From: an uncultured Rhodocyclaceae bacterium
GTDB lineage: Bacteria > Pseudomonadota > Gammaproteobacteria > Burkholderiales > Rhodocyclaceae
Assembly (NCBI GenBank): GCA_964596295.1
Contig: CAZQTB010000002.1
Coordinates: 4,355-68,354 of the forward strand
Direction of reading: 5' to 3'
Length of the DNA: 64,000 nt
The notes beneath the pieces are model-generated. The model had not been told where the DNA came from, did no database searches, and saw nothing but the letters and a program-made list of their open reading frames with translations. Shown one piece after another: positions 59,603-64,000 of this stretch. Within the stretch, counting starts at the first letter, position 1; each line of letters starts with the position of its first letter. A program made the position numbers and the translations under genes.

Positions 59603-59621
59603 TTTGAATCCGTCTCTGGAC
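59603..59621 (+). repeat. Dispersed 19-bp repeat, intergenic consensus copy
   Basis: TTTGAATCCGTCTCTGGAC, enclosed by a 12-bp inverted repeat. Confidence 0.9.
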
Positions 59622-59662
59622 TGCGGCAACGCCGTTATCTGCGTGTGACAGTCTGGCTTGAC

Positions 59663-60112
59663 TCAGTGTGTGACGCGCGTTGCACCGCCGCCCGAGAGCA
59701 CGCGTACGCGCTCGCCGGGGCGGAACTGCTCGTCGGCTTCCTGCGTTACGGCGATCAGTTGCCCGCTCTCCAGCTTGACGGTAATTTCAAAGCCGGCCTT
59801 GCGTGTTGCGCTGTCTTCAATGGCATTTCCGGCAACACCGCCGAGCACGGCGCCGACTACCGCGCCGACCGAAGAGCCTTTGCCGCCGCCGACGTTGCTG
59901 CCGCCAAGACCGCCGACTGCCGCGCCGGCGACAGCGCCAACGCCCGATTTCGTGCCTTCGATGGTCACGGAACGCACGGATTCGACCACGCCCAGGCGCA
60001 CGGTTTGTTCGCTGCGGGTTTGCGTGCGCGAGTAAGACGAGCCGGACTGGCTGGCACATGCGGCCAGCATCACGGTGGAGAATGCGACGAGCAACAAGCG
60101 ATAATTTTTCAT
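59663..60112 (-). CDS. Glycine-zipper 2TM outer-membrane lipoprotein (SlyB/Pcp-like)
   Basis: Lipobox LAAC, GAVAGAAVGG..GAVLGGVAG, F.PG.RVRV. Confidence 0.88.
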   Translation of the reverse strand: MKNYRLLLVAFSTVMLAACASQSGSSYSRTQTRSEQTVRLGVVESVRSVTIEGTKSGVGAVAGAAVGGLGGSNVGGGKGSSVGAVVGAVLGGVAGNAIEDSATRKAGFEITVKLESGQLIAVTQEADEQFRPGERVRVLSGGGATRVTH

Positions 60113-60145
60113 GTCATTTTCCTTTAGTAAATTTAGTAAAGTGTG

Positions 60146-61078
60146 TCAAAGAATTTCCGCAAATGTTGCATGGTAACGCGCAGCAATTTCATCATACGTC
60201 GGTTTGTGATTCTGGCCGCCGCGATGGGCAATCTTGATCGCGCCCATCAATGAAGCCAGCCGCCCGGTTTTTTCCCACGCCCATCCCTGGCTGATGCCAT
60301 GCAGCAGGCCGGCGCGATAAGCGTCGCCGCAGCCGGTGGGGTCGATGACTGCATCGGCTGGAGCAGCAGGAATTTCGATGCAGCGTCCTCCCGTATAAAT
60401 CTGCGATCCCTTGGCGCCGAGCGTAACGACCAGAGCTTCCATCCCGCTTGCCAATTGCTCCAGCGTACGCCCGGTGCGCTCCGTCAGCAGCTTCGCTTCG
60501 TAGTCATTGACCGTGCAGTAGCCGGCAAGTTGCATAAAGTTAAGCAGGTCGTCCTTGTCGAACATCGGCAGGCCCTGGCCGGGGTCGAAAATGAACGGGA
60601 TGTTTGCGGCGTGGAATTCGCGGGCATGCTGCAGCATGCCGTCGCGGCCGTCGGGGGCGACAATGCCGAGGCGCACCCCTGCCGTATCGCTGACTTTGTT
60701 CTGATGCGAATGCGTCATCGCGCCGGGATGAAAGGCGGTGATCTGGTTGTCGTCGAGATCAGTCGTGATAAAGGCTTGCGCCGTGAAGCTGCCGGTGATT
60801 TCGCGCACGTGCCGGGTATCGAGGCCGAGCTGTTTCAAGCGATGCCGGTAGGGCGCGCTATCCTCGCCGAGGGTGGCCATGATGAGCGGCGAACCGCCCA
60901 GCAGCTTCAGGTTGTAGGCAATGTTGCCCGCGCAGCCGCCGAACTCGCGACGCATGTCGGGAACCAGGAAGGCGACATTGAGGATATGAATCTGCTCAGG
61001 CAGGATATGGTTTTTGAAACGGTCGCCGAACACCATGATGGTGTCGTAGGCAAGCGAACCGCAAATCAGTGTGGCCAT
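60146..61078 (-). CDS. PfkB-family carbohydrate/nucleoside kinase (adenosine kinase-like)
   Basis: GSLAYD, GGCAGNIAY, DPGQ, NDYE, DPTGCGDAY. Confidence 0.9.
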   Translation of the reverse strand: MATLICGSLAYDTIMVFGDRFKNHILPEQIHILNVAFLVPDMRREFGGCAGNIAYNLKLLGGSPLIMATLGEDSAPYRHRLKQLGLDTRHVREITGSFTAQAFITTDLDDNQITAFHPGAMTHSHQNKVSDTAGVRLGIVAPDGRDGMLQHAREFHAANIPFIFDPGQGLPMFDKDDLLNFMQLAGYCTVNDYEAKLLTERTGRTLEQLASGMEALVVTLGAKGSQIYTGGRCIEIPAAPADAVIDPTGCGDAYRAGLLHGISQGWAWEKTGRLASLMGAIKIAHRGGQNHKPTYDEIAARYHATFAEIL

Positions 61079-61099
61079 GTATTTTCCGGGACTGAAGGC

Positions 61100-61984
61100 T
61101 TAAGGGTAAAACAGATAGAGCCGGTAACCATTGGCCGGCAGTTGCCCGATATCGACGACAAAGCTGACGGCAATATCCGCATTCGGCCGCATGCCGCCGG
61201 CGGAGGGTGTTTGCGGCGGCAGGTAATCTGCGGCGGTGAGCACTTTACGCACGACGGCTTTGTCCGCAATGTCGGTAAGGGTGAGTTCCAGATGCGGAAA
61301 TTGCTGGCTGAAGGGCGCGCGATTTTTCAGGGTGGCCGACACGATCAGGCGACCCGGCTGCGCAAGGTCGGGATGCAGGTCGGAGGATTCAATGCCGATC
61401 AGTTCGGCCCTGGCTGGCAGGCTTACCGTGCAGCCGGCGATGTTGCACAGAGAGACAAGTGCGGGACGGGCTGCGGGCGCCAGTACCGCCAGTTCAACGC
61501 GAAAGGCAATGACCGCCTGGATGCCCAGTGCGACCAGCAACAGCAGGCTGCCGGCAAGCCACAGCCAGCGGCGCGGCGCGGCAGGGCCGGGTAATAATTC
61601 TGGAAAGGGCGTATCCAGAAGCCTATGTTCGCGCACTGCCGGGACTTCTGCGTTTACATCTTCCGGCATTGCGGCAAGCGGTGGCTCGGATGCCGCATCA
61701 TCAAAAGTCGGCGCTGGCGCGACGGCAGATTTGTCTGCGGGTTCAACCAGGTCGGCGGGTCCAATTGACTCCGCTGGCGACCCGCTTGTTTCAATTGTTT
61801 CAACCGGTTCGATCTGCCCAGTCCCGGCAGGCGGGATAGCGCTGCCGGCGGACTCGTCAACCAATGTGTCCAGCGCATTGAACGCATGCCGGCACGTGCC
61901 ACAACGCACGCGACCCGCGCGCGCCCTGAGCTGTTCGGCCGCGACGCGGAACGTGGTGCTGCACGCCGGGCACCGGGTTAGCAC
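61100..61984 (-). CDS. Zinc-ribbon plus DUF3426 protein
   Basis: TRCPAC.T.F...G.VRCGTC, acidic linker, TM helix, GYRLYLFYP terminus. Confidence 0.88.
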   Translation of the reverse strand: MLTRCPACSTTFRVAAEQLRARAGRVRCGTCRHAFNALDTLVDESAGSAIPPAGTGQIEPVETIETSGSPAESIGPADLVEPADKSAVAPAPTFDDAASEPPLAAMPEDVNAEVPAVREHRLLDTPFPELLPGPAAPRRWLWLAGSLLLLVALGIQAVIAFRVELAVLAPAARPALVSLCNIAGCTVSLPARAELIGIESSDLHPDLAQPGRLIVSATLKNRAPFSQQFPHLELTLTDIADKAVVRKVLTAADYLPPQTPSAGGMRPNADIAVSFVVDIGQLPANGYRLYLFYP

Positions 61985-62877
61985 GCTGCGCCCTCCAGCC
62001 GCACCCAGCCTTCATGTGCCGCGCCGACGCGCAGGGCGATGAAGGGGACGTAGGCGTCAATTACTTGCTGCGCTTGCGCCGCCAGCACGCCCGAGAGAGC
62101 CAGCCGTCCGCCTGGCGCAACGCGGCCCGCGAGCAGGGGGGCGAGCATGCACAAGGGATTGGTGAGAATGTTGGCGACGACGATGGCAAAACGCTCGTCC
62201 AGCGGCTGGCGCGAATGGCGCAGCTCAAGCACGACGGCGTTGGCAGCGGCGTTATCGCGTGCGGCGCGCAGCGCGTTGTCGTCGATATCCACACCCAGCA
62301 CCCGGCTGGCGCCCAGCTTTGCGGCGGCGATGGCCAGAATGCCCGAGCCGCAACCATAGTCGAGCAGCGTCTCGCCGCCCCGCACGGTGTCGGCCAGCCA
62401 GTGCAGGCAAAGAAAAGTCGTCGGATGCGAACCGGTGCCAAAGGCCAGGCCGGGATCCAGTACCAGATTGATGGCGCTGGCATCGGGCGCGGCATGCCAG
62501 GAAGGCACGATCCACAAGCGACCGGTAATGCAGATGGGCTCGAATTGCGCTTGCGTCAGCCGCACCCAGTCCTGTTCCCCAATTTCATTCAGTTCGATCT
62601 CGGGCAGGTCAGTGATGCCGGCTTCCAGCGCGGCACGGCTAACGCGGCCAACGAGGTCGGCTGCGGGTTCGAACAGCGCGATCACGCGGCTCTCGCGCCA
62701 TAAGGGCGTTGCTGGCGCTGCTGCGGTTCCGTCCGGTTCGTCAAACTGCGGAGTTTCCAGATCGGTACCGGCCAGCGCGTCTTCCACGCTGACGGAGATT
62801 GCACCTGTGCCAAGCAGCGCATCGGAGAGCGCGTCGGCATGCACAGCGTCAGTCTCCAGCGCGATGCTGACCCACAT
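61978..62877 (-). CDS. prmA: Ribosomal protein L11 methyltransferase
   Basis: LDPGLAFGTGSHPTT, LDYGCGSGILAI, VANIL. Confidence 0.96.
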   Translation of the reverse strand: MWVSIALETDAVHADALSDALLGTGAISVSVEDALAGTDLETPQFDEPDGTAAAPATPLWRESRVIALFEPAADLVGRVSRAALEAGITDLPEIELNEIGEQDWVRLTQAQFEPICITGRLWIVPSWHAAPDASAINLVLDPGLAFGTGSHPTTFLCLHWLADTVRGGETLLDYGCGSGILAIAAAKLGASRVLGVDIDDNALRAARDNAAANAVVLELRHSRQPLDERFAIVVANILTNPLCMLAPLLAGRVAPGGRLALSGVLAAQAQQVIDAYVPFIALRVGAAHEGWVRLEGAAC

Positions 62878-62882
62878 GGGCG

Positions 62883-64000
62883 CTATTTCTCCTTGGTAGC
62901 CGCGCTTTTTTTGGCGAGCTTTTCTTCGAGATAATGGATGCTCGTCGCGCCTTGCCGGAAGCGTTCGTCCAGCATCAGTTCCTGGTGCAGCGGAATGTTG
63001 GTCTTGATGCCGGTAACCATCATTTCAGACAACGCGATGCTCATGCGCAGGATGGCCTGCTCGCGCGTGTCGCCGGTGCTGATGACCTTGCCGATCATGG
63101 AATCGTAATGCGGTGGCACGATGTAGCCCGAGTAGGCATGCGAATCAACCCGGATGCCAGGCCCGCCGGGCGGATGCCAGGTGTCGATCCTGCCCGGCGA
63201 AGGCGTGAATTTGAAGGGGTCTTCGGCATTGATGCGGCATTCGATGGCGTGGCCGCGAATTTCAATGTCGCGCTGCTTGAAGCGGAGTTTTTCGCCTGCG
63301 GCGATGCGTAGTTGCGCCTGGACGATATCGATACCGGTGACCTGCTCGGTCACCGGGTGTTCAACCTGAACACGGGTGTTCATTTCAATGAAATAGAACC
63401 CGCCATTTTCGTAGAGGAATTCGAAGGTGCCCGCGCCACGGTAATTGATGCGGCGGCAGGCTTCGGCGCAGCGCTCGCCAAGGCGGGTGACCAGCCGCCG
63501 GTTGATGCCGGGGGCGGGCGCTTCTTCGACCACTTTCTGGTGCCGGCGCTGCATGGAACAATCGCGCTCACCCAGATAGATGGAGTTGCCATAGGCGTCG
63601 GACAGCACCTGAATTTCCACATGACGCGGATTTTCGAGGAATTTTTCCATATAGACGATGGGATTGTTGAAGGCGGCCCCGGCTTCGCTGCGCGTCATGT
63701 TGACGGCGTTGAGCAGCGCGGCTTCGGTATGCACCACGCGCATGCCGCGGCCGCCGCCGCCGCCGGCCGCCTTGATGATGACGGGATAGCCCACAGCGCG
63801 GCCTATCTTGATGATCTCCCGGGGATCGTCGGGCAAGGCGCCTTCGGAGCCGGGCACGCAAGGCACGCCGGCTTCCTTCATGGTGTTCTTGGCGCTGACC
63901 TTGTCGCCCATGAGCCGTATGGTTTCCGGACGCGGGCCGATGAAGGCGAAACCGGACTTTTCGACGCGCTCGGCAAAGTCGGCATTTTCCGACAGGAAGC
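62883..64000 (-). CDS. accC: Acetyl-CoA carboxylase biotin carboxylase subunit, start beyond window
   Basis: [34 protein letters not shown]; upstream of prmA; frame is open to the window edge. Confidence 0.95.
   Translation of the reverse strand, partial: FLSENADFAERVEKSGFAFIGPRPETIRLMGDKVSAKNTMKEAGVPCVPGSEGALPDDPREIIKIGRAVGYPVIIKAAGGGGGRGMRVVHTEAALLNAVNMTRSEAGAAFNNPIVYMEKFLENPRHVEIQVLSDAYGNSIYLGERDCSMQRRHQKVVEEAPAPGINRRLVTRLGERCAEACRRINYRGAGTFEFLYENGGFYFIEMNTRVQVEHPVTEQVTGIDIVQAQLRIAAGEKLRFKQRDIEIRGHAIECRINAEDPFKFTPSPGRIDTWHPPGGPGIRVDSHAYSGYIVPPHYDSMIGKVISTGDTREQAILRMSIALSEMMVTGIKTNIPLHQELMLDERFRQGATSIHYLEEKLAKKSAATKEK

Noticed and set aside
171..59621. Interpreting the dispersed repeat as CRISPR or IS ends
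   Set aside because: Copies are kilobases apart with no spacer array, cas gene or transposase in the window.
60123..60140. TTTAGTAAA direct repeat upstream of the SlyB-like gene as a PhoP box
   Set aside because: The period is 9 bp rather than 11 and the GTTTA core is not matched.

Overview
High-GC betaproteobacterial chromosome segment; gene content and order suggest Rhodocyclales/Sterolibacteriaceae (inference, not searched). Mostly housekeeping: ribB(A)/ribE-dsbD-cutA, ubiB, argS-SPOR-dsbA, phaC, a liu leucine/isovalerate cluster, rapZ, mutY, purT, fpr, clsB, nadA, glnA-ntrBC, birA, apaH, prmA, accC. I saw no rRNA, tRNA, CRISPR array, integrase or transposase. Five things stand out. (1) A dispersed 19-bp repeat (TTTGAATCCGTNTCTGGAC, extended unit 27 bp) occurs about 11-12 times, both between genes and inside seven unrelated proteins in four different reading frames. 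(2) A TpsB-TpsA two-partner secretion pair is coupled to a signal-peptide FecR-domain protein, and both the TpsA and the FecR protein end in a near-terminal Cys. (3) A six-gene hydrogenase-4-like operon has a large subunit lacking all Ni-binding cysteines (Ehr type) and a divergent RHH regulator. (4) glnA is otherwise intact but carries an in-frame TAG. (5) EetA/EetB-like genes (NusG-II and Gx) overlap the end of rapZ in one apparent operon. Start codons were chosen by eye and several are uncertain.
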